This document shows positions 9,144-19,900 of a DNA stretch of 64,000 bases, one piece after another. The position numbers and the translations under genes were made by a program. Source of the DNA: an archaeon (GTDB taxonomy: Archaea > Nanobdellota > Nanobdellia > Woesearchaeales > UBA9642); contig JAGVGF010000001.1 in the NCBI GenBank assembly GCA_020057295.1, forward strand, positions 1 to 64,000. Direction: 5' to 3'. A model generated the notes under the pieces. The model was not told the origin of the DNA. It ran no database searches and saw only the letters and a program-made list of their open reading frames with translations. The stretch's first letter is position 1. The number at the start of each line of letters is the position of its first letter.

Positions 9144-10664
9144 TTATGGTTTATTTTCTTCTGTATTTTTCATTGTTGGGAAGAATAGTATATCTCTTAT
9201 TGATACTGAATCTGTGAGTAACATTACCATTCTATCAATTCCAATTCCGAGACCGCCCATTGGTGGCATACCATATTCTACTGCTTTACAGAAATCTTCA
9301 TCCATAGGATTACTCTCTTCAAGTCCAGATCTTAATTCTTTAGCCTGTTCTTCAAGTAAGTATCTTTGTCTTATTGGATCATTTAATTCCGAGTACGCAT
9401 TTCCAACTTCCCATCCATTAATGTATGGCTCGAATCGTTCAATTAATGAGGAATCATGTCTATGTAATTTACATAATGGTGTTGTTTCTTTTGGATGATC
9501 TATAATAAATACTGGCTGTATTAATTTTTCTTCAACAATTTTAAATAATTGATTAATTAATAATCCTGTAGTCATATCATCACGATATTCAATCTTATGT
9601 TTGTCAAGCAATTTTTTTAGTTCATCATTTGACATTCCATTAACGTCAGTTCCTGAAAATTCTTTTAATGCATCTTTCATAGTCATACGTTTCCAAGGTT
9701 TTTGTAAATTAATTTCCTTGCCTTGATATGTTATTGTTGTTGTTCCTAAAACTTTTAATGTGACATAATTGTATGCATCTTCTACTAATTCCATTACATC
9801 ATTATAATCCCAGTATGCTGCATAACACTCCATTAATGTAAATTCAGGATTATGACTTGTATCGATTCCTTCATTTCTGAATACTTTACCGATTTCATAG
9901 ACTCTTTCATATCCGCCTACAATTAATCTTTTTAAGTATAATTCTAATGAAATTCTTAAATATAATTTCATATCTAGTTCGTTATGATGTGTAATAAATG
10001 GTTTTGCTGCTGCTCCACCATATATTGGCTGTAATATTGGTGTTTCAACTTCCATAAATCCTTTAGTGTCCAAAAATTCTTTTAATGCCTTTAAGATTTT
10101 TGTTCTAGTCTCAAAAATTTTCTTAGAATGATCATCCATTATCAAGTCTAGATATCGTTGTCTATATTTTATTTCAATATCTTGAATGCCATGATACTTT
10201 TCTGGCAGAGGTCTTAAAGATTTTGCGAGTATGTTATATCCTAAAACTTTAACAGTTAACTCTCCTGTTTTAGTCTTAAATATTGTTCCATGTACTCCAA
10301 TATAATCTCCAACATCTAATAATTTTATTTGATCATAATTTTTAGTATCTTGCTCATTTAATAATAACTGTATCTTGCCTTCATTATCTCTAACATGTGA
10401 GAATGCCATCTTGCCTAATTTTCTTAATCCGACAATTCTACCAGCTATAGCTACAGTATCAGTAGTATGTTCTTCAGCATTCAATGTTTTATATTTTTCA
10501 TGTAATTCTAAAGAATGATGTGTCTGATTAAACTTGTAAGGATAAGGATTAATTCCGAATTCTTTTAATTGATTTAACTTTTTTACACGCTCAGCAATTA
10601 AGTGATGTTCTTTCTCAAGTCTTAATTCTGTGTCTTTTAATCCTCTTAATTCCTTTTCATCCAT
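9144..10664 (-). CDS. lysS: Lysine--tRNA ligase, class II
   Basis: OB-fold N-terminus, YRQRYLDL, FRNEGID..HNPEFT and GMPPMGGLGIGIDR motifs. Confidence 0.97.
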   Translation of the reverse strand: MDEKELRGLKDTELRLEKEHHLIAERVKKLNQLKEFGINPYPYKFNQTHHSLELHEKYKTLNAEEHTTDTVAIAGRIVGLRKLGKMAFSHVRDNEGKIQLLLNEQDTKNYDQIKLLDVGDYIGVHGTIFKTKTGELTVKVLGYNILAKSLRPLPEKYHGIQDIEIKYRQRYLDLIMDDHSKKIFETRTKILKALKEFLDTKGFMEVETPILQPIYGGAAAKPFITHHNELDMKLYLRISLELYLKRLIVGGYERVYEIGKVFRNEGIDTSHNPEFTLMECYAAYWDYNDVMELVEDAYNYVTLKVLGTTTITYQGKEINLQKPWKRMTMKDALKEFSGTDVNGMSNDELKKLLDKHKIEYRDDMTTGLLINQLFKIVEEKLIQPVFIIDHPKETTPLCKLHRHDSSLIERFEPYINGWEVGNAYSELNDPIRQRYLLEEQAKELRSGLEESNPMDEDFCKAVEYGMPPMGGLGIGIDRMVMLLTDSVSIRDILFFPTMKNTEENKP

Positions 10665-10964
10665 TAATTAACACCCCGATACTTTTGAATTATTTAGCGT
10701 ATGTATTTAAAATTAACGGATTTATTCATACATAATTCTACCAACGTATCAAATAAACTATTTAGTATGATAAATCATACCATTAAATTCATAGAAAAAA
10801 TTCGATTGAAAGAATTAATTTAGCACTATTATGATATTTGTGATGTTCATTCTGTCAAATTAATATCGCTATCATCACAGTTATCTTTTATCTCAAGTAT
10901 CCCGTACTTGTTTATACAGATCAAAGTACACCTCGTTTATTTTTTATTATTTATTCTTTTAACA

Positions 10965-11108
10965 TTAATCTTTAGCAAACAATTCATCAAGCTCATATTT
11001 TGATAACTTTTTTTTGTTAAGCACTGCTGAACTTGACTTACGTTTCATTCCAGTCACTTCATCACGTAGCCAATCATCTTCACTTCCATTAACGTCAATA
11101 TCTTCCAT
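10965..11108 (-). CDS. Putative 47-aa small protein
   Basis: Read by hand as MEDIDVNGSEDDWLRDEVTGMKRKSSSAVLNKKKLSKYELDELFAKD; GGGGG SD-like run upstream; below the ORF-track cutoff. Confidence 0.45.
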   Translation of the reverse strand: MEDIDVNGSEDDWLRDEVTGMKRKSSSAVLNKKKLSKYELDELFAKD

Positions 11109-11279
11109 AATTACCCCCACACTTCAGGGATACCTCTGCTTATTTTAAACTTTTAGTGTTACTAATCAATACTCCATAGCTACTACTACATTAACATTAG
11201 TATTACACTTATTGTGTCTCATCTTCGTTGTCTATTTCCTCTTGTGTCCAAAAGTCTTTATTCATTTTTTTAACCTTTT

Positions 11280-11390
11280 TTAATATAGCATGAAAAACAT
11301 TGTAAACATTAATAATACAAATATCATTGTATAGACTAAATAATCTAGAATAGCGTTACTCACACTAACTTTTCTGTCAATTGTATACAT
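11280..11390 (-). CDS. Putative 36-aa single-TM microprotein
   Basis: MYTIDRKVSVSNAILDYLVYTMIFVLLMFTMFFMLY, with GGAGG 6 nt before the ATG. Confidence 0.4.
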   Translation of the reverse strand: MYTIDRKVSVSNAILDYLVYTMIFVLLMFTMFFMLY

Positions 11391-11674
11391 TTTTTTCCTC
11401 CGGTATGGAGTGTAAATATTTGTTGTTAGTGCAGTGTTCGTAGTTTAGTCCTACGACTAGCATCGATATATTACTTTTATAACCACTCTCCCCAAAACTA
11501 CTCTTTTATTGATGTAGCAAGTATATAAATATTGTGGAGCTGTAAACTATATTTCATGACGACATATATATGCATGTATATATTATGATTAGTATTATGT
11601 TAACTATAATATGTAAAAGAATTTGATAATATGATTTAATCAAAAATGTTTCTTGCTTAGAACTTTTAAGTTTT

Positions 11675-12022
11675 TTATAGAATTTTTAGTTGTCCTGTTA
11701 TCTTATCTATCTTAGTTTCAACATCAGGTCCTATTGCCATACATGTTGTTGTGCCTGGAGCAACTGTTGTATGTCCTGCATCAGTGATTACTGCTGTAAT
11801 TAGATTGAGTTTTTTTGCTTCTTGTTCAAATTTGTACAATTCTTCTAGATCATTAATTTTCAGCACAACTTTTTTCATACCTTCAGCACGCCAATGTTTT
11901 ATTATCTCTTTATCAGAACGATGTGTTCCCTCGACGCTAGCATGTGCAACTTGAACTGCGAGTTTACCTTTAGGAAGTTTAAGATCCATTCTCACTAATA
12001 TTACTTGCTTATACTCGCTCAT
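11675..12022 (-). CDS. pth2: Peptidyl-tRNA hydrolase Pth2
   Basis: KQVILVRMDL, GKLAVQVAHAS, KKVVLK, DAGHT and IGP motifs. Confidence 0.97.
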   Translation of the reverse strand: MSEYKQVILVRMDLKLPKGKLAVQVAHASVEGTHRSDKEIIKHWRAEGMKKVVLKINDLEELYKFEQEAKKLNLITAVITDAGHTTVAPGTTTCMAIGPDVETKIDKITGQLKIL

Positions 12023-12052
12023 GATTTGATATTGTTTGTTTAATATAAAAAT

Positions 12053-12256
12053 TTATCTTTTATATATTTCCCATACAATACGCATTATACTTCCTAACGA
12101 TAAAAACATTATTAGCCAATTCTCGAAGAATACAGGAATTCCAATATTAAATAATGATTCACCATGCTCTAAACCTGCTAGTGCTAGAAAAAATATTATT
12201 GCAAAAACTATTAACATCAAAACTAATAGTAACACATTACGTTTATCATCACCCAT
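12053..12256 (-). CDS. Small two-TM membrane protein
   Basis: 67 aa with two hydrophobic helices; co-oriented with pth2. Confidence 0.6.
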   Translation of the reverse strand: MGDDKRNVLLLVLMLIVFAIIFFLALAGLEHGESLFNIGIPVFFENWLIMFLSLGSIMRIVWEIYKR

Positions 12257-12377
12257 GACACTATTATGGAATGTTAGTATATAAATTTTATTGCTGTTTT
12301 TATTTATGTTATTATTCTTACTTTAGTTATGCTAAATTATGGAGAAAATATTTAAATGATTGTATAATTTCATTGGC

Positions 12378-13835
12378 ATGGTTAACGATTCTGAGAAAGT
12401 GAGTAATGAATTACCACAAATGCTTGGTGCACGTAAGAGTGAATTATCAGAATGGTATCATAACATTTTGTTACTTGCGGATATTGTTGATATTAGATAT
12501 AACATTAAAGGCATGAACGTCTGGAAGGCTTATGGTTATCAGATGATGCAAAATCTGAAACATTTTTGGGACGATATGTTCAAAAATGATGGTATCCAAG
12601 AACTTTATTTCCCGCAAATTATTCCAATAAGTTATTGTGAACAAAATCCAGAATGGTGGGCAGGATTTAAAGAAGAAGGATTCAAAGTTATTGCAGGAGA
12701 AAATAATGAAATTCAAGGTGCATTAAGACCAACTGGTGAAGCAGCAATATATCCGATGTATGCATTATGGATTAGAACTTATAGAGATTTACCATTCAGA
12801 GCATATGAAACAGTATCAAGTTTCAGATATGAAACAGCACATACAAGACCATTAATTAGAGATAGAGAAATCACTGTATGGCACGAAATTCATACTGTAC
12901 ATGCAACAAAAGAAGATTCATTAAACGAAGCATTATTACACGTTGAATTCTATAAAAAGATGTGGAATCATGTTGCATTAAAACCATTAATTGTAGAAAA
13001 GCCCGAATGGGAAGTATTTCCAGGAGCAGTTGGTGGAATTGAATTTTATTACATTAGTCCTGATGGTAAGGCTATGGAAAATGGTTCAGTAAACATTCTA
13101 GGACAAGCATACGCTAAAAAGTTTAATATAAAATATAAAGACAAAAATGGTCAAGATGAAACTGCATGGCAAGTATGCACTGGAAATGGTGCAAGATTAT
13201 TATCAGCAGTATTAATACAGCATGGTGATGATAAAGGATTAATAGTTCCACCAAACATTGCAACATATCAAGCAGTTATTATTCCAATAATTTTTGAAAA
13301 AGAAAAAGAGAAAACTTTAGAGAGTGCATTACAATTAAAACATGAATTACAAAAAGCAGGTATAAGAGTTCATTTAGATGATCGTGATGAAACTCCTGGT
13401 AAAAAATATTATGAATGGGAATTAAAAGGAGTTCCTGTAAGAATTGAAATTGGTCCACGAGATATTACAAACCATCAACTTGTTTTAGTACAAAGAAATG
13501 TTGGTAAAAAGATTATTGTAAAGAGAGAAAATATTGTTGGTGAAGTTAATGGAATGTTGCATGCAGTACAATCAGAATTATTAGCAAAAAGCGAATCTGA
13601 CGTGCATAAATTATTAGAGTATGCAGATACAGTTGATGAAGTTGGAAGAGTAATAGATTCTGCTAAAACTGCAAAGATTCATTGGTGCAGAAACGGTAAA
13701 TGTTATGACACTTTGAAAAAGATTCGTGAAGGTGCTGAAATATTCGGTTCAGACTATTACGAAAAGAAGCCAGGAAAATGTGTAGTATGTGGAAAAGATA
13801 CAGAAAATTTGGCATATTATGCAAAAACATATTAA
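12378..13835 (+). CDS. proS: Proline--tRNA ligase (archaeal/eukaryote type)
   Basis: LRPTGE, FRYE..TRPLIRDRE, HGDDKGLIVPP, WELKGVPVRIEIGPRD and C-terminal 'AKTY'. Start probably ATG 12378 rather than TTG 12360. Confidence 0.96.
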   Translation: MVNDSEKVSNELPQMLGARKSELSEWYHNILLLADIVDIRYNIKGMNVWKAYGYQMMQNLKHFWDDMFKNDGIQELYFPQIIPISYCEQNPEWWAGFKEEGFKVIAGENNEIQGALRPTGEAAIYPMYALWIRTYRDLPFRAYETVSSFRYETAHTRPLIRDREITVWHEIHTVHATKEDSLNEALLHVEFYKKMWNHVALKPLIVEKPEWEVFPGAVGGIEFYYISPDGKAMENGSVNILGQAYAKKFNIKYKDKNGQDETAWQVCTGNGARLLSAVLIQHGDDKGLIVPPNIATYQAVIIPIIFEKEKEKTLESALQLKHELQKAGIRVHLDDRDETPGKKYYEWELKGVPVRIEIGPRDITNHQLVLVQRNVGKKIIVKRENIVGEVNGMLHAVQSELLAKSESDVHKLLEYADTVDEVGRVIDSAKTAKIHWCRNGKCYDTLKKIREGAEIFGSDYYEKKPGKCVVCGKDTENLAYYAKTY

Positions 13836-13884
13836 GTATAATTCTAAATAAATATTTTGTGCTTACTTACGCATAAAATATCGA

Positions 13885-13897
13885 AAAGTATTTAAAT
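13885..13897 (+). promoter_or_regulatory. BRE/TATA promoter candidate for the giant gene
   Basis: AAAGTATTTAAAT about 100 bp upstream of ATG 13992. Confidence 0.4.
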
Positions 13898-13991
13898 AAC
13901 ATTCTCAAGGATACGACTAGAAAGATTATGGGTGTGGTGAACTATACTAGTTACTTGTTATTTATAGTAATCTAGATAGTGTTTTAACTAA

Positions 13992-16900
13992 ATGGTTAGT
14001 GATAGTATTAGAAAAAATTATATCGCTCTATTCCTATTAGTGATAGGTTTAGTCACATTCTCATACTTATTATTCTCACAATTTTCATTAACAGGATATG
14101 CTGCTTACGAACACAAAACTTCTAACAGTATATTATTATCATCGACGTTAAATTCTCAGAATAGTTATCTTGATTTAAATTCCTATAATCTTGCTAATGT
14201 TACTGCTGTAAGAATTACTGGGAAAGTTTATGGTGTTGGTAATGTAAAAATTTACTTAAACACTAGTAATGGTAATTATTTAATTTATTCTGGATCTTTG
14301 AATAGTAATAATGTTATTACTGGTTATGATATTTTAGATATTAATACTACAGAAAATGTTACCGATAATACTACATTTAATCAACCAATCACGATTTTAG
14401 ACATAATTAATACCGATAATACTACAGGAATTTTAGTCAATAATACTGAAAACGTTACTAATATTGTTGTTAATGTTACAGAAAACTTTACAGCTAATAT
14501 TACTCAGAATATTACAGAAAATATTAGTGAAACAAGTAACGAAACCGTGCTTAACATAACTGAGAATGTTACTCAAGAAATTATTACTAACATAACATTG
14601 ACTAATACTACAGAGAATACAACTAATGATGTCATTGTTAATGTTACAGAGAATGTTACTCAAGAAATTGTTGTCAATGTTACCGAGAATGTCACTCAAG
14701 AAGTTATTACTAATGTTACTGAGAATATTTCTTCAGAGTTTTTATTAACATTTAACAATGTGTGTTCTGAATCTTGCGTTCTTCCTCGTGTGAATGTTTT
14801 AGGATTAACGATTATTAGTGATAACGCTTCTGTAAATATTACTAACTTAACTTATGATTATATTGTTATAGAGTTTGAGAATATTAGTCAAATCAAATCA
14901 TTAAACAATACTGTGTTAATACTTAATAAAGATCAGAATATAGTATTAAATCTTAGCGAGTTTTTTACTGGAAAAATTTTATTTGATGTTACAAGTTCAC
15001 AAGGATATACTACAAACATTAGTGGTGAATTATTAACTATAACTGCTGTTAAAGCTGGCGATTGGCCTATAAAAATTTATGCTGCAGGAAACAATGTTTT
15101 ATTGACGAGTGAAGAGTTTACTGTAAGAATTCTAGAGACTAATAAAACTAATAAGGTTACTTTATTGCGTAAAGTTAGTCATGCTGATAAAAAAGTTTAT
15201 TTAGAAAATAAACTTGGACTAAAACCTCAAAGAGGAGGACTTGGAATTCAAAGTCAAGGCAATAATAAAGTTTTGAAGGTTGATGACGTTTCTGTTGAAG
15301 AATTATTTGTTGAAAATGAAACAGGCAATTATACAATAAACGGATCAACAAGCGTAATTATTAGTGATGTAAATAATAAAAACATAATCAATATTGATGG
15401 ATTGAACACCATTGACGATCTGCAAAAGATTAATGTTAATGTTCTAGATATGGCCACACCCATAATCTACGTTCAATCCGTCAATATTACTAATGCAACA
15501 ATAACACTAGAGAAGAATGGAATCGTTGGTTCAATATTAACTTGTAACGATATTGATTATGATTCAAATACAGGAATTTGTTTGAATTGGCAAGGTTCAG
15601 AAATTCCTTTTATAGATAATGGAGATTCTATAACATTTACTGTTACACATTTCTCAGCATATGCTGGCGGTCAAGGTAATCAATCGCAAATGAATATTAG
15701 CGATGATACTGATATTTTAGTTCGCGGAGTTAATGTTCAAATCTTATTTTATGCAAATTATACTAATACTACTTCAGGAGTTTCGATAAATGGCACAGGG
15801 CTATATTGTCAAATACACTTTAATACAACAGGGACTTATGATGCTTATGTAAATATGACTTTTAATACGACGTCATTGATATATCAATATAATAATTCTT
15901 TTAGTACTTCAGGAATAATGTATTATCAAGTGTTATGTGATGGAACAGCATCAGGTTATGAACAATTAATTACACAAGATCCTTTTGCTGTTAGTCCTCC
16001 TCCAATAATACTTAATTCGTCTACTATTCCTTCAGGTTCATCAAATCCTAATCAAAACATTATAGGTTATTGTAACGCCACTATAAATGGTACAGGGGAT
16101 GTATCTTCTTATAACTATATATGGTATAGAAATGATTCTTTCAACACTTCTGGAACTATGAGAAATTATGGTTTAGCTTGGAGTCTTAGTTCAGCAAGTT
16201 CTAATATTTGGTATGATATTGATATTTCTCGTGATGGTTCTAAACAAGTAATGTGTGGGAGTAGTGTTGGTGTTAAATACTCGAGTGATTATGGTCAAAC
16301 GTGGTCTGTGATTAACAGTAGTACTCCAAATTGGCGTGGAATAGCATTGTCTGATGATGGAAAATATATTACTGTAGTCGTTCTTTCAGGATATGTGTAT
16401 GTTTCCAATGATACTGGAACTACATGGACTGCTCTTAAAACTGATAATCCTAGAAGTTGGGAAGGAATTGAAATGTCTTCTAATGGAAGTATCCAACTAT
16501 TAGGACAAAACAGCGGATATGTATATGTGTCTACAGATTATGGTATTACTTTTAATGCTGTAAATACGGGGAATATTTTAAACTGGAATAGTGTTGCTGT
16601 ATCAAGCAATGGAAGTATAATGGCCGCAGCCGCTAATGTCGGAAATATCTGGACTTCTTATAATAATGGTTCTACTTGGACTTCTAGAGATAGTTCTCGT
16701 GCATGGTCTGGCTTGGCAATGTCTAGTGATGGAACAAAACTTGTTGCTGGAGTTTATGGGGGTTACTTGTATACTTCAAATGATTCTGGAGTTACATGGA
16801 CACCAAGAGCAACTGATGCAGTCCGTAATTGGATAGGCACAGCAATATCGGATGATGGTAAAAACATGTATGCTAATGCTTTTGGAAATTATATGTATAC

Positions 16901-19900
16901 TTCAAATGATTATGGAGTAACGTGGATACCTACTATTAGTACTGTTACAAGAAATTGGTATGATGTTGCTACATCGGCCAATGGAACATTCTCCACAGGA
17001 GTGTATAATGGAGGAGCATACAGCATCAATGATAATTTCTCCTCTAATGTAAGCGCACCAATTAACATTTTAACCGGTTTAGGAGAAAATAATGTTTATG
17101 ATAATTGGACGTTTAGTTGTCAAGCTAACTCTTCATCAAGTTCAACAAGTTCATGGATGAATAGCAGCGCAGTAAATGTTATTGGCGGATGTAGAAATGT
17201 ACTAACTTCTAATCAAGTAATTACATTGACTCAGAATTTATCAATTAATGATTTGTCATGTTTCAACGTGACTGCTTCAAATATTACACTTGATTGTAAC
17301 GGATACGCTATAATTGGCAATGATAGTACAAATGCTTACGGAATATATTCAAATTCAACAAATACTACTGTAAAGAATTGTGTGATTAAAGGATTCCAAT
17401 ACGATGTGTACTTTAATAGTTCTAAGAATGGTTTAATAAAAGACAATATTATTAATACTACAGCAGGAAATGGTATATATCTATTATTTGGTTCTGATAA
17501 TAATACGGTAAATAATAATACCATATACAGTAGCACCTATAATGGGAATCACGGTATCGACATTTCTTCTAGTAGTAATAATACCATCATCAGTAACACT
17601 ATGTATGCTTCTAATTCTAATGCTGCAGGATTGTATTTATCTAATACTCCTTCAGGAAATATTATACTTAATAATATCATATACGCTAATCTTACTGCTG
17701 GCTCGATGGGTGGTATTCAGCTTGCCGGAGCAAGTTATAATATCATAGATAATAACACCGTCTATGGTGGAGCCTCTAGTCCTGCAATTAATTATTATTC
17801 AGGAACTAATAATTATAATAATTTAACTAATAATGCTTTATCTGGAACAACTATCAATGTGATACTAATGTCTGGAGCATCTTATAATAATATAATAAAT
17901 AACACATTGAATACTACTGGTTCTGGTGTTATGTTGCAAGTCCAGGGATCTTCGGCTAGTAACGTATTTAGAAATAATACATTTAATAATTTTGGTACAG
18001 CATCTACAATGCAATTTACTAGCGGTAATAATAATGTAATAACAGGCAATTATATGAATTCAACTAATGGAGGCGGTACTGCTGTAATATATGTAAGCGG
18101 TGCTATAACAGGATTTAATATTACTAATAATACTATATATCATCAAACAGATTATGTAAAGAAAGGCATATACTTTAATAGTGTAACTTCAGGATTTATT
18201 TTGGATGGTAATAATATTACTACTATAGGATATGGTGATGGATTGTATATTTCTGGTAGTAGTGGGACTCAAACAGTGCATAATATTACTACTAATAATT
18301 ATATCAACAATCTTCCAATATATTATTATGATGGTACATATAAGGCTTGTCCTAATAATCAAGTATTGGAGTTTAATCCTAACAATCAAAATATTTCACA
18401 CTTACAATTTAGGGGCTGTACTAATATTACTATTACTGGATTAAACACTACAGGATTTGATTCAGTAACTATATGGGATTCTAGTTATATTAACGTAACT
18501 AATAGTATAATTAAAAATTATTACGGATTATCTTTCCTAGGTTCATCCAACGATTCGTATATTACAAATAATACTATTTATGGCTCTATCTCTGGATCTT
18601 CAGGAAATGCTCTAACTCTAGGAACACGCATGATTGTAAGATATAATACCATAGTTGTCTCTGGAGGAAGTTCTGATGGTATTGTTATGTCTAATATAGG
18701 ATATAATATTATTGACAATAACACTATCACGACTAGTGGTAGCGGTAGTAGTGATGGTATAATTCCATCAGGATTGTATAATAATATCACTAATAATTAT
18801 ATAACTACTTCTGGAAGTACAAGCCATTGTATATATCCTAATTCTAATGATTTAATTTATAATAATACTCTAATAAGTTATAGTTGCTGTAATGGAGGCG
18901 TTATGGCAGTATATGGTTCAAATAATAATATAACCTATAATACTATCACTGCTAGTTCCTCAACTTACACAGTAACATTTTCTGGCGCACAAAATAATTA
19001 TTTTACTAATAACAATATAACTGTTCTTAATGGTGTAGTTTATGCTTTAAGAGTTGATTCTAATGCAAATAACAATATTTTCAAAAATAATACAATCAAT
19101 GTATCGAGCAATATTAATGCAATATATTTGACTACATCACACAATAATACATTCTCTTATAACTCTTTAAACACAAGTAATGGTATTAGTATCTATATTC
19201 TTAATGGTCAAAATAATACATTTAGCGATTTTACACTAACTAACAAAAATATAACTTCAGAATACAGTTCTATATTAAACAATAATTCATTAACAAATGT
19301 TACAATCAGCCCAACCAATATCTACTTTACAGGCGGGAATAATACTACTAATATGATGCCAATCAAATGGTGGATTGATGTTTATGTTAATAATACTGCT
19401 AGTGGAAGTGCATTCCCTGGAGCTAATGTACTTATTAGAGATGTAAATAATAATTTAACGTTTAATGGAACTACTGATAGTACAGGATACGCTACTGTCA
19501 GACCTAACGCTATAGAATATATTTTAACTGCAAACAAAAATTATACCAGCTATAATAATTACACAGTATCTACAGCTACAGGCACCGGTGATAGTCAGAG
19601 TGTTAATGTAACTGGAAACACAATAATAATATTAAATTCTTTACAATTAGCATGTAACTTAGTTATTGGTCAATCTATAATATTAACAGGAAATCTTTCA
19701 GCTAACGCTTCCAATTGTTTCAACGTAACTGGAAACAATGTTGTAATTGACTGTGCAGGATATAGTATAACTGGAAATAATTCATTAGGAACATCAGGAA
19801 TTTACTCTACAGCAACAAATACTACTGTGAAGAATTGTGTGATTAACGGATTTTTATATGGGATATACTATTTTGGTGCAAGTAATGGCACAATATATAA

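Noticed and set aside
10720-10935. Possible ncRNA or gene upstream of lysS
   Set aside because: Only short frames and weak AT-rich pairing; nothing supportable beyond the micro-ORF note.
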